A stretch of 64,000 nt of DNA from NCBI GenBank assembly GCA_029238175.1, contig JAQWGO010000085.1, forward strand, positions 2,995-66,994, in the 5' to 3' direction. The position numbers and the translations under genes were made by a program. Each line of letters starts with the position of its first letter. Position 1 is the first letter of the stretch. The notes under the pieces were generated by a model. The model made no database searches. It was given only the letters and a program-made list of their open reading frames with translations, and had not been told where the DNA came from. This DNA is from Henriciella sp. (GTDB lineage Bacteria > Pseudomonadota > Alphaproteobacteria > Caulobacterales > Hyphomonadaceae). Below are positions 38,092-45,611 of the stretch, one piece after another.

Positions 38092-39345
38092 CTATTCAGC
38101 CGCAACCTGAGACGCAGCATCGCCATCAAACTCGGCGGCAATACGAGCAACCAAGCGCGCCGCCACTTCAATTTTGTCCATACGCGGCCAACGGCTTTCA
38201 ATGCCCTTGCGCGTCACAAGTGCAACTTCGTTATACGCCCCGCCCATAACGTCACCGCTCACATCATTCGCCACGATCCAGTCGCAACGCTTGCGCTTCA
38301 GCTTCGCAATGGCCAGCGCTTCAACCTCATGCGTTTCAGCGGCAAAGCCGATCACCAGTTCAGGGCGCATCTTCTTTTTACGAGATAACGTGGCCAGAAT
38401 GTCCGGGTTTTCAGAAAGTTCTAAAGTGGGGTGCGGATCGCCGTCCCCTTCTTTTAACTTCATTTTCTTTGCAGCCGCCCGGCTTGGACGCCAATCAGCG
38501 ACAGCCGCAACAGACACAAATATATCCGCGGGCAGCGCCGCTTCGCATGCCTCAAGCATCTGCCGCGCTGTTTCAATCGGCACAAACTCAACACCTTCAG
38601 GCGGCGCAAGCGAAACCGGGCCAGAAACGAGCGTCACTTTCGCGCCAGCTTTCGCCAGTGCGCCCGCAATCGCATAACCTTGCTTGCCGCTCGAATGGTT
38701 AGACAAAAACCGTACAGGATCCAAAGGCTCACGTGTCGGCCCTGCCGTGATCAAGGCATGACGGCCAGCAAGCGGCTTGCGCTCCAAACCATACAGAATA
38801 GCCGACCCGCCAAGCATGCTCTCAATCTGATCCGCAATCGCCAGTGGTTCAGGCAAACGCCCCGGTCCGAATTCACCGCACGCCATGGCGCCTTCATCAG
38901 GCTCCATAACGGTGACACCGTCTCCGCGCAGGGTCTCAACATTCCGCTGTGTCGCCGCATGGCCCCACATCCGTACATTCATCGCCGGCACCATCAAAAC
39001 AGGTTTGTCAGTCGCCAGCAGTGTTGTTGATGCTAAATCATTCGCCAAACCGTTCGCGGCTTTGGCCATAAGGTCGGCCGTTGCAGGGCATACAACAACC
39101 AAGTCGGTCGACCGTGAAAGCTGGATATGGCCCATATCGGCCTCATCATCCAAATCAAACAGATCGGTGAAGCATTTTTCACCCGACAATGCTGAAACCG
39201 ATAGCGGCGTAACAAACTCTTGTCCGCCTTTCGTGACAACGCACCGGGACTTGATTCCGCGCTTTGCCAGCGTCCGAATTAGCTCCAAAGACTTATAGGC
39301 CGCGATACCGCCGCCAATGATCAGAAGGATACTTTTGTCGCTCAT
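38092..39345 (-). CDS. coaBC: bifunctional phosphopantothenoylcysteine decarboxylase / phosphopantothenate-cysteine ligase
   Basis: 417 aa with an N-terminal flavoprotein domain ([13 protein letters not shown]) and a C-terminal DFP domain ([25 protein letters not shown]). Confidence 0.95.
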   Translation of the reverse strand: MSDKSILLIIGGGIAAYKSLELIRTLAKRGIKSRCVVTKGGQEFVTPLSVSALSGEKCFTDLFDLDDEADMGHIQLSRSTDLVVVCPATADLMAKAANGLANDLASTTLLATDKPVLMVPAMNVRMWGHAATQRNVETLRGDGVTVMEPDEGAMACGEFGPGRLPEPLAIADQIESMLGGSAILYGLERKPLAGRHALITAGPTREPLDPVRFLSNHSSGKQGYAIAGALAKAGAKVTLVSGPVSLAPPEGVEFVPIETARQMLEACEAALPADIFVSVAAVADWRPSRAAAKKMKLKEGDGDPHPTLELSENPDILATLSRKKKMRPELVIGFAAETHEVEALAIAKLKRKRCDWIVANDVSGDVMGGAYNEVALVTRKGIESRWPRMDKIEVAARLVARIAAEFDGDAASQVAAE

Positions 39346-39580
39346 ACCGTGCCTGGGCCAAATCTACATTGCCAATAAGATACTCTTTTCGCACAAAACA
39401 ATTGAGAAAACGACCATACAAATGCGAGAGATTTGATCTTTTACGCGGAAAGCCCCACAGCGGCGCTGCGTGGCTCTCCCCCCTTTGGAGGGGTTTTTCT
39501 CCGGTCTGGCTCTCTCTCAAGGGTGCGTTCAGGGAAGAGAGGGTAATGTGCGAACCAGACTGGAAACTTGTATTCTAGGA

Positions 39581-39763
39581 TTATTCCGGCGCGATAAAGC
39601 TAACCTGAAGCCCTTTCTCGAATGACGCCTTGAGGGTCATATCGACCCCGCCGGTGGAGACTGAAACACCGTCTCCTTGTACACTTGCCAGAGCTGCTAC
39701 TGAGAGGATTGCTGCGACGAGAAAACTTGTCGTCATTCCGCTTTTAATGGCCTTGCGTGTCAT
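39581..39763 (-). CDS. small secreted peptide (60 aa), last ORF of the psp transcription unit
   Basis: Strong RBS (AAGGGGGA about 8 nt upstream of the ATG). It has a signal-peptide-like segment (TSFLVAAILSVAALASVQG) and starts 39 nt downstream of pspC. Confidence 0.5.
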   Translation of the reverse strand: MTRKAIKSGMTTSFLVAAILSVAALASVQGDGVSVSTGGVDMTLKASFEKGLQVSFIAPE

Positions 39764-39802
39764 GGGATATTCCCCCTTAGTCCTTGCTTGCTTGTTGCTG
39801 TT

Positions 39803-40270
39803 TTAGTTTTTCTCGAGGTCCCGGAAGGCCTTCTTGAGCCGCCACTCTTCACTGGTGACATTGCGCTCGATATTGCGAAGGCGTTCTTCCAAATCCATGA
39901 ATGTGTATTTCAGGCCAGATGCGGTAACTCGCGGGCGATCTGAAACATTGCGCCAGAATTGCTCTTCATCCGGGCGAAGGGTTTGACGACCAATCGGCTC
40001 TTTCGGCGTGATCATTGCCACAATGATGTAGGCAAAGATCGCGAGCGGTCCGGCGAAGAAAAAGATGCTTAGAACAAAAAGCAATCTAACAAGCGCTGGT
40101 TCCCATCCGAAGCGTTCAGCTGCCCCGCCGCAAACACCGAGCCAGACTTTATCAGTCCGAGAGCGGAAAAAGCGTTTTGGGTTGGGTGAACTGAACATTG
40201 GGTCCTCGTATCTGTCTTGGTTAATGTCGTCCCGTAATGGGCGCTTATGTCTGTGTCTGCGTCGTGTCAT
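39803..40270 (-). CDS. pspC: envelope stress response membrane protein PspC
   Basis: PspC domain (KVWLGVCGGAAERFGWEPALVRLLFVLSIFF). The C-terminus LEERLRNIERNVTSEEWRLKKAFRDLE matches the E. coli PspC C-terminal leucine-zipper region. An ATG at 40198 is an alternative start. Confidence 0.9.
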   Translation of the reverse strand: MTRRRHRHKRPLRDDINQDRYEDPMFSSPNPKRFFRSRTDKVWLGVCGGAAERFGWEPALVRLLFVLSIFFFAGPLAIFAYIIVAMITPKEPIGRQTLRPDEEQFWRNVSDRPRVTASGLKYTFMDLEERLRNIERNVTSEEWRLKKAFRDLEKN

Positions 40271-40273
40271 GGT

Positions 40274-40546
40274 CTAGTCCTCGAAACGGTCGCTTTTGAG
40301 AGGTCGGCGGCGGCGCGGGGCTGGGCCTTCTTCCTCGGTTTCTGCGTCGATTAACTCTTCAATGGTCTCTAGGCGGCGCTCTATTGAGCGGGCTGATCGC
40401 CAGAGATCTTCGAGCATTCTTTCATCGTCCGGCATCAGGGTTTTCTGTTTCCGCCACAGGGTGACGTAATGAAAAATCATACCAGGAAGGACGATGAAAA
40501 TTGCACTAATCGCCACGATAGCAATGATGAATTCAGTGCCTTCCAT
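40274..40546 (-). CDS. pspB: envelope stress response membrane protein PspB
   Basis: 90 aa with one N-terminal TM helix. The pattern DDERMLEDLWRSARSIERRLETIEELI is typical of PspB. It sits between pspA and pspC. Confidence 0.85.
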   Translation of the reverse strand: MEGTEFIIAIVAISAIFIVLPGMIFHYVTLWRKQKTLMPDDERMLEDLWRSARSIERRLETIEELIDAETEEEGPAPRRRRPLKSDRFED

Positions 40547-40659
40547 TAGCTTGCTGCCTCACTTTTTGCCTTACGGCGGTCTTCAAGATGCAGGGCAATC
40601 AGGCCCGGTGCGGTGATAGCAGACATAAATCCTGCCAGAAAAAGGAATGGTACTAACAT
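40546..40659 (-). CDS. unannotated 37-aa single-TM ORF between pspA and pspB
   Basis: Direct translation gives MLVPFLFLAGFMSAITAPGLIALHLEDRRKAKSEAAS. The ATG is 2 nt after the pspA stop and has an AAGGAAG RBS inside the pspA 3' end. Its TAA overlaps the pspB ATG (TAATG). Confidence 0.5.
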   Translation of the reverse strand: MLVPFLFLAGFMSAITAPGLIALHLEDRRKAKSEAAS

Positions 40660-40661
40660 GA

Positions 40662-41372
40662 TTAGTCTTCCTTCTTCTCAGTTGCTTTAGCAGCTTTTGA
40701 TGCCGCTTTGGCAGAAGATTTAGCGCGGGCTTTCTTCATCGCTTCCAGTTCCAGCTCAATCGCATCATCTTGCTCAAGGGCTGCAAACTCGGCTTCAAGG
40801 CTCGGCTCTGAACCGCGGATCGTGTCAGCATAAGCTTCCAACTCATCAACCTTGCGCTCTACACCGGCATAACGGGCCAATGCGTCATCAACGCGGGTAT
40901 CGTAAGTCTGTGTGCGAACCCGGATGCTTTGCTCTGCAGCTTCACGGCGCATCATCAGCGAACGGTGTTTCGCTTTAGCTTCGTCCAATTTCGCTTGCAG
41001 ACGACCAAGGTCATCCTGACGCTTTTCAAATGCTTCTTCAGCAAGATCCATCGCTTCTTGACGACGAACAATTTCAACATCCGCCTTCTGCTTGGCGATC
41101 AGTGCGCCGCGAGCAAGGTCTTCACGACCCTTATCGATGGCGAGGCCAGCTTTGTTTTCCCAATCATCGCGGATATTTGTGTAATGGGCGACTTCGCGCT
41201 CCATTTCTTTCTTATCCGCCATTGCGCGGGCTGCTGCGGTGCGAACTTCAACCAGAGTGTCTTCCATTTCCTGAATCATCAGGCGGGCGATCTTTTCTGG
41301 GTTTTCTGCACCATCGAGCATCGCATTGATGTTCGAGTTAATAATGTCACTTAGTCGAGAGAACATTCCCAT
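40662..41372 (-). CDS. pspA: phage shock protein A
   Basis: MGMFSRLSDIINSNINAMLDGAENPEKIARLMIQEMEDTLVEVR is near-identical in pattern to the E. coli PspA N-terminus. It is a 236-aa coiled coil. Confidence 0.96.
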   Translation of the reverse strand: MGMFSRLSDIINSNINAMLDGAENPEKIARLMIQEMEDTLVEVRTAAARAMADKKEMEREVAHYTNIRDDWENKAGLAIDKGREDLARGALIAKQKADVEIVRRQEAMDLAEEAFEKRQDDLGRLQAKLDEAKAKHRSLMMRREAAEQSIRVRTQTYDTRVDDALARYAGVERKVDELEAYADTIRGSEPSLEAEFAALEQDDAIELELEAMKKARAKSSAKAASKAAKATEKKED

Positions 41373-41449
41373 GATAATTTTCCTTGTATCTTTTGGGGTT
41401 CAAAGGGAGGGGGAGGAAACGCTTAATCTTCGTTGTCTGTTTTCAGATC

Positions 41450-41590
41450 TTAGAAGAAGAAGCCGCCGAGGAAGACACCGGCTACGAAAAACATCCAGGT
41501 CTCTGTAGAGCGCGTGGAGAGGTAGCGTCCGAAACGGCCACTCTCGCGGCGGGCTTCAGTATAGTGAGTGTCATGAGAACGGTCGGTCAT
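41450..41590 (-). CDS. unannotated 46-aa tail-anchored membrane ORF between the sigma-54 promoter and pspA
   Basis: Direct translation gives MTDRSHDTHYTEARRESGRFGRYLSTRSTETWMFFVAGVFLGGFFF. There is a GAAGGA RBS upstream. It is the first ORF downstream of the -24/-12 promoter. Confidence 0.45.
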   Translation of the reverse strand: MTDRSHDTHYTEARRESGRFGRYLSTRSTETWMFFVAGVFLGGFFF

Positions 41591-41646
41591 TGTCTTTTTT
41601 GTCCTTCAGGCCAGCAACCCTAATTGGCGGCTGATGCCATATCTAT

Positions 41647-41662
41647 TTCAAGGACCGTGCCA
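41647..41662 (-). promoter_or_regulatory. sigma-54 (-24/-12) promoter of the psp operon
   Basis: The minus strand reads CTGGCACGGTCCTTGAA. This matches TGGCACG-N4-TTGC with one mismatch (TTGA). It faces pspA and lies in the divergent region shared with pspF. An AT-rich tract lies upstream. Confidence 0.75.
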
Positions 41663-41796
41663 GTTTTTCGTTAAGGCAATAAATCATTGTTTTTATTGTA
41701 TTTAATAAATTTTCAGCCTCGTGATGATCATACAATATGGTCATACTCACTAAATTAATTAGTTGTTTATACTAATAATATAGTTATTTTAACCTC

Positions 41797-42879
41797 ATGA
41801 TTGGCTCTCAAACCCCTCAACTCATCGGCGAAGCCCCTTCATGGCTCGCCGCGCAGGAACATGTCTCCCGCCTCGCGCCACTTGATCGCCCCTGCCTTGT
41901 TATCGGGGAACGCGGCACGGGTAAGGAACTCATCGGTGAGCGGATGCACTTTCTCTCGCGGCGCTGGGAAGGCCCTTATGTAAAGGTCAATTGCGCGGCC
42001 CTGTCTGAGGAATTGCTGGATAGTGAGCTATTCGGACACGAACGCGGCGCCTTTACCGGGGCAACGGAACGCCGCCTTGGTCGCTTTGAACTCGCAAATG
42101 GAGGCACACTCTTTCTGGACGAGATCGCCACGGCCAGCCAACGCGTTCAAGAGAAGCTTTTGCGTGTCGTTGAGTATGGGGAATTTCAACGTCTTGGTGG
42201 TGAGAAAGTCCTCTCTACCGATGTCCGCGTCGTGGCTGCCACGAATGTCGACTTGCCCAGCAAGGCCGCACGGGGCGAATTCCGCGCCGACTTGCTCGAC
42301 CGGCTCGCCTTCGATGTCGTCACCCTCCCCCCACTTCGCGCAAGGCCGGGCGACATCTCTTTACTGGCAGATTTCTTTGCCCGTCGCATGGCACGCGAAA
42401 TGGCAGAAGATTTCCCGGGCTTCGCTCCCTCCGCCATAACCGCGATGGAAAACCATAATTGGCCCGGCAATGTGCGTGAGCTTCGCAACTTCGCACAAAG
42501 GATAACCTATCGCGCGATATCAGAAGGCGGCGGCGAACCCGTCCGCTTTGACCCCAGCGCTATGGATCCCTTCGACTCCCCCTACAGACCCGGCGGCAAT
42601 CTGAGTGAAACCCCAGACCAATCGGCTGCAATCAGGGCTGAACCCACCACCAATCTTCCCCGTCCGGACCCACTAATCCCGTTCGAAGACCAGGTTAGAC
42701 TATTCGAAACAGAGCTTATCGACGCCGCACTATCCGCCTCAAACGGCCACCAAGGCAACGCCGCCAAATATATGGGGCTAAGTTATCATCAATTCAGAGG
42801 GCTCTTAAAAAAGCACGGCTACGGCAAGGGTGCAGGAAAGCTAAAAGACGAACAAAAACAACCCATTCGCGGCATGTAA
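41797..42879 (+). CDS. pspF: sigma-54-dependent transcriptional activator PspF
   Basis: AAA+ domain without an N-terminal receiver. It has [36 protein letters not shown], the GAFTGA loop, and a C-terminal HTH ([20 protein letters not shown]). It is collinear with E. coli PspF. Confidence 0.95.
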   Translation: MIGSQTPQLIGEAPSWLAAQEHVSRLAPLDRPCLVIGERGTGKELIGERMHFLSRRWEGPYVKVNCAALSEELLDSELFGHERGAFTGATERRLGRFELANGGTLFLDEIATASQRVQEKLLRVVEYGEFQRLGGEKVLSTDVRVVAATNVDLPSKAARGEFRADLLDRLAFDVVTLPPLRARPGDISLLADFFARRMAREMAEDFPGFAPSAITAMENHNWPGNVRELRNFAQRITYRAISEGGGEPVRFDPSAMDPFDSPYRPGGNLSETPDQSAAIRAEPTTNLPRPDPLIPFEDQVRLFETELIDAALSASNGHQGNAAKYMGLSYHQFRGLLKKHGYGKGAGKLKDEQKQPIRGM

Positions 42880-42890
42880 ACTAGATCAAG

Positions 42891-42921
42891 AAAAAAGGGC
42901 GACACCCGAAAGTGCCGCCCC
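42891..42921 (-). terminator. rho-independent terminator
   Basis: The minus strand reads GGGCGGCAC-TTTCGG-GTGTCGCCC followed by TTTTTT. It lies 34 nt downstream of the stop at 42955. Confidence 0.7.
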
Positions 42922-42954
42922 AAGAGAGAGAGTTTCCGTCCCAGTCCCCAATTC

Positions 42955-43260
42955 TTAAATCAAATCACCCTCACCAGGGCTCGCCAACGTACCCGAAATT
43001 TCTTGGCCGTTGGACACAAAATCCCACTCAGCAGCGGTATTGAAATCAATTCGTTCATCAGCAACACCGTCACCATTACGATCTAGCTCAAGGAACGTCG
43101 CCCCACCGGACGCAGACGTGTAGCGAACTTCAAAACTCCCCCCCGCAGAAAACGCGGCTTCACCGATGAATGTATGATTTGCAATTGCGATAACTTCGCC
43201 GGTTTCATTGTTCGTCGTCAGGATCGTGAGCGCCGCCTTTGCGCACAAAGCGACGATCAC
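42955..43260 (-). CDS. hypothetical protein with DxNxDGxxD calcium-loop motif
   Basis: 101-aa ORF with a GTG start that overlaps the upstream gene by 56 nt, so the start is uncertain. It contains the LDRNGDGVADE loop and is followed by a good terminator. Confidence 0.4.
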   Translation of the reverse strand: MIVALCAKAALTILTTNNETGEVIAIANHTFIGEAAFSAGGSFEVRYTSASGGATFLELDRNGDGVADERIDFNTAAEWDFVSNGQEISGTLASPGEGDLI

Positions 43261-43405
43261 AATATTTACATTCGATCACATCATCCTTGCCCATCTCATA
43301 CCAAACAAGCGGATGCCCCAAAGCGCCGTTTCCGCCATCACAAGACACTTTATGGTCGTCAACAAAAACGGTTTCAGGCTGCTCGAAAGATGGCGTTTGG
43401 GACAT
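43205..43405 (-). CDS. zinc-finger (zf-CHCC-like) domain protein
   Basis: MSQTPSFEQPETVFVDDHKVSCDGG...GHPLVWYEMGKDDVIECKYCDRRF matches the small CHCC zinc-finger proteins conserved in Alphaproteobacteria. Confidence 0.7.
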   Translation of the reverse strand: MSQTPSFEQPETVFVDDHKVSCDGGNGALGHPLVWYEMGKDDVIECKYCDRRFVRKGGAHDPDDEQ

Positions 43406-43573
43406 GAGATTACACATTCAGCTTAAATGATTGGACCAAAGAACGGGTTCACTTTTGCTAGGCTGCAGCGGGCGTGTCGTCAATGCAACGAAGCCGGTAG
43501 AACGCAACAGTTTTTCATTCACCAGTGGCCATGCGAATTGACCACGCATAAGAAAGCAACCAAAAGAAGTGCA

Positions 43574-45538
43574 ATGAAGTTCGGGGCGGTATTTATGCAG
43601 TTACGCTTTTTATTAGTAGCGATGTGCGTTTGGGCAACGAGTGGTTTAAACTCACACGCTGAGTTCCCACTCGCCTATATCGGCGATCCTGATGCAAGAG
43701 ACTTAAGCCTATCTCCAGACGGGCAACAAATTGCGGTCTTAATGACGGATTTTGAGTTTGGCATCCGTCAACGTCGTGACTGGGATGTAATCGAATTTCG
43801 CTCGGCGCAAACCGGGAAAGTTACCTACAAACACGACCTTGAAGAGCGCGTGTACTATTGGGTCCTGTGGCCTTTCGATGATGTGTTACTCGCTCAAACA
43901 CTCAAATACTCCTTCTCACGCGGCGATACTAAAACTCAGCTGGCCATAACGGCAATCAATCCGACCACCAGCGAGGAACTAGACCTCTATATCGGGCCGA
44001 AGGGGAGCTGGGACAAAGCCCGTGATGTCCCAAAAATATCTCGTATCTCTTTGGAGCGCCGTGAGATTGCAATCGAAATTGCGGGCAAAAGGGGGACCGA
44101 GCTTCGCGCAGTAAATGTAGATACTGGAGCCTCCCGTACGCTGGACCAGGGCAATCCCAACACAGTTCGCTGGGAACTGAACGGCGATCTAGAGCCTATC
44201 TTGCGTTTCGATCGCGGAAAACGCGACAATGAAGAACGCGTCTACTCAAAAGATTCCAATGGAAACTGGGTACTAATGCAAAGCTTCAATGTCTTCGAGA
44301 ATAATTTCCGTCCTGCGGGCAATGTCAGTACCGACAACACGATGCTTGTTCTCCACAGGCCCGAAAACGCAGAACGAAGCGGGCTGTACGTCTATGATCT
44401 GAGTTCAAATGACTATGGCGACGTGGCTTTCGAGAATGATACTTTTGATCTGACCACTGTCAAACGAACCAAGTATGGCGGCAAGCTACTTTATGTTGGA
44501 TGGTTTGCAGATCGGCTAGAGCGCGAATGGTTCGACGATGAAACAGAAGCGATTGCAACGATGCTTGAGAAAGCTCTTCAGCCTGATGATAGCTGGTCGA
44601 TTTTGGAGACAAGCCAATCGAACAAACAATGGCTGCTATATGTTTCGAGCCCTCGCAGACCGGGCTCCTATATGCACTTCGATATGGAGACCAAGAAGCT
44701 TCGAACGATTGCTAAAACAAACCCTTCGCTCGACGAAGATGCGCTCGCACCGATTAAACGCATCGACTATGAAGCCGGGGACGGCTTGCAACTGTTCGGT
44801 TATTTCACAACCCTAACCGACAATCCCAGCGCCCCTCTCATCGTTATGCCTCACGGAGGTCCTGTCGCACGGGACTACGCTACCTATGACGGGTTCGCTC
44901 AATTTCTTGCCTCAAAGGGCTATCAAGTCTTTCAGCCTCAGTTTCGCGGCGGCGGTGGCTTAGGGCGTACATTCGAAGAATCTGGCTTCGGCGAATGGGG
45001 CAAACTCATGCAGACCGACATTGAGGATGGTGTCGCTAAACTCATCGAAGACGGCCTTCTCGCCGAAAATGCTTATCGCTCAATCATGGGGTTCTCTTAC
45101 GGAGGGTATGCAACACTCGCAGGGGCGACCCTTACCCCGGACAAATACATGTGCGCGATCAGCATTAATGGAGTTGGCGATCTACCAATGATGCTTGCAA
45201 GCTATGATCGAAACGATCCACTCGATCGTGAAGCATATGACGTCTGGGTGAAACGAATAGGTGATCCAGAAACAGATATGGCGCGAATTAAATCAGTTTC
45301 GCCGCGCCACAATATCGATAAGCTGAAAGCACAGGTCCTCCTCATTCATGGCGATCAAGACGATATCGTCAATGTGCAACAGTCCAGAGCCATGTACGAT
45401 ACGATCCTAGCAGCCGACAAATACGCCATGTACAATGAGATCGAAGGCGCCGGACACCAGCTCTACAATCAGACCGATAGAACAGATGTTCTTGTATTAG
45501 TTGACCGCTTTCTACGTCGCTGCATGCCCGCAAAATAG
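43574..45538 (+). CDS. S9-family serine peptidase (prolyl oligopeptidase / dipeptidyl aminopeptidase-like), secreted
   Basis: Trimmed to MKFGAVFMQLRFLLVAMCVWATSGLNSHA. It has an N-terminal beta-propeller-like region and a C-terminal alpha/beta hydrolase. The nucleophile is GFSYGGY and HGDQDDIV is present. Confidence 0.85.
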   Translation: MKFGAVFMQLRFLLVAMCVWATSGLNSHAEFPLAYIGDPDARDLSLSPDGQQIAVLMTDFEFGIRQRRDWDVIEFRSAQTGKVTYKHDLEERVYYWVLWPFDDVLLAQTLKYSFSRGDTKTQLAITAINPTTSEELDLYIGPKGSWDKARDVPKISRISLERREIAIEIAGKRGTELRAVNVDTGASRTLDQGNPNTVRWELNGDLEPILRFDRGKRDNEERVYSKDSNGNWVLMQSFNVFENNFRPAGNVSTDNTMLVLHRPENAERSGLYVYDLSSNDYGDVAFENDTFDLTTVKRTKYGGKLLYVGWFADRLEREWFDDETEAIATMLEKALQPDDSWSILETSQSNKQWLLYVSSPRRPGSYMHFDMETKKLRTIAKTNPSLDEDALAPIKRIDYEAGDGLQLFGYFTTLTDNPSAPLIVMPHGGPVARDYATYDGFAQFLASKGYQVFQPQFRGGGGLGRTFEESGFGEWGKLMQTDIEDGVAKLIEDGLLAENAYRSIMGFSYGGYATLAGATLTPDKYMCAISINGVGDLPMMLASYDRNDPLDREAYDVWVKRIGDPETDMARIKSVSPRHNIDKLKAQVLLIHGDQDDIVNVQQSRAMYDTILAADKYAMYNEIEGAGHQLYNQTDRTDVLVLVDRFLRRCMPAK

Positions 45539-45611
45539 ATCAATCGTGTCTTGGCCCATTCAGTTATCGGCGAACCGTCTTATATAGCGGCAAAGACTGA
45601 TTGGAGCCTTC

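Noticed and set aside
41384-41623. 79-aa plus-strand ORF (TTG start) antisense to the 46-codon ORF upstream of pspA.
   Set aside because: It has no RBS, a non-ATG start and an implausible composition. It would be transcribed against the sigma-54 promoter. The minus-strand ORF has an RBS and a clear TM helix, although it is itself unproven.
41595-41640. Second TGGCA-like motif (minus strand ATGGCATCAGCCGCCAAT) as an alternative sigma-54 promoter.
   Set aside because: No TTGC-like -12 element occurs at the required spacing.
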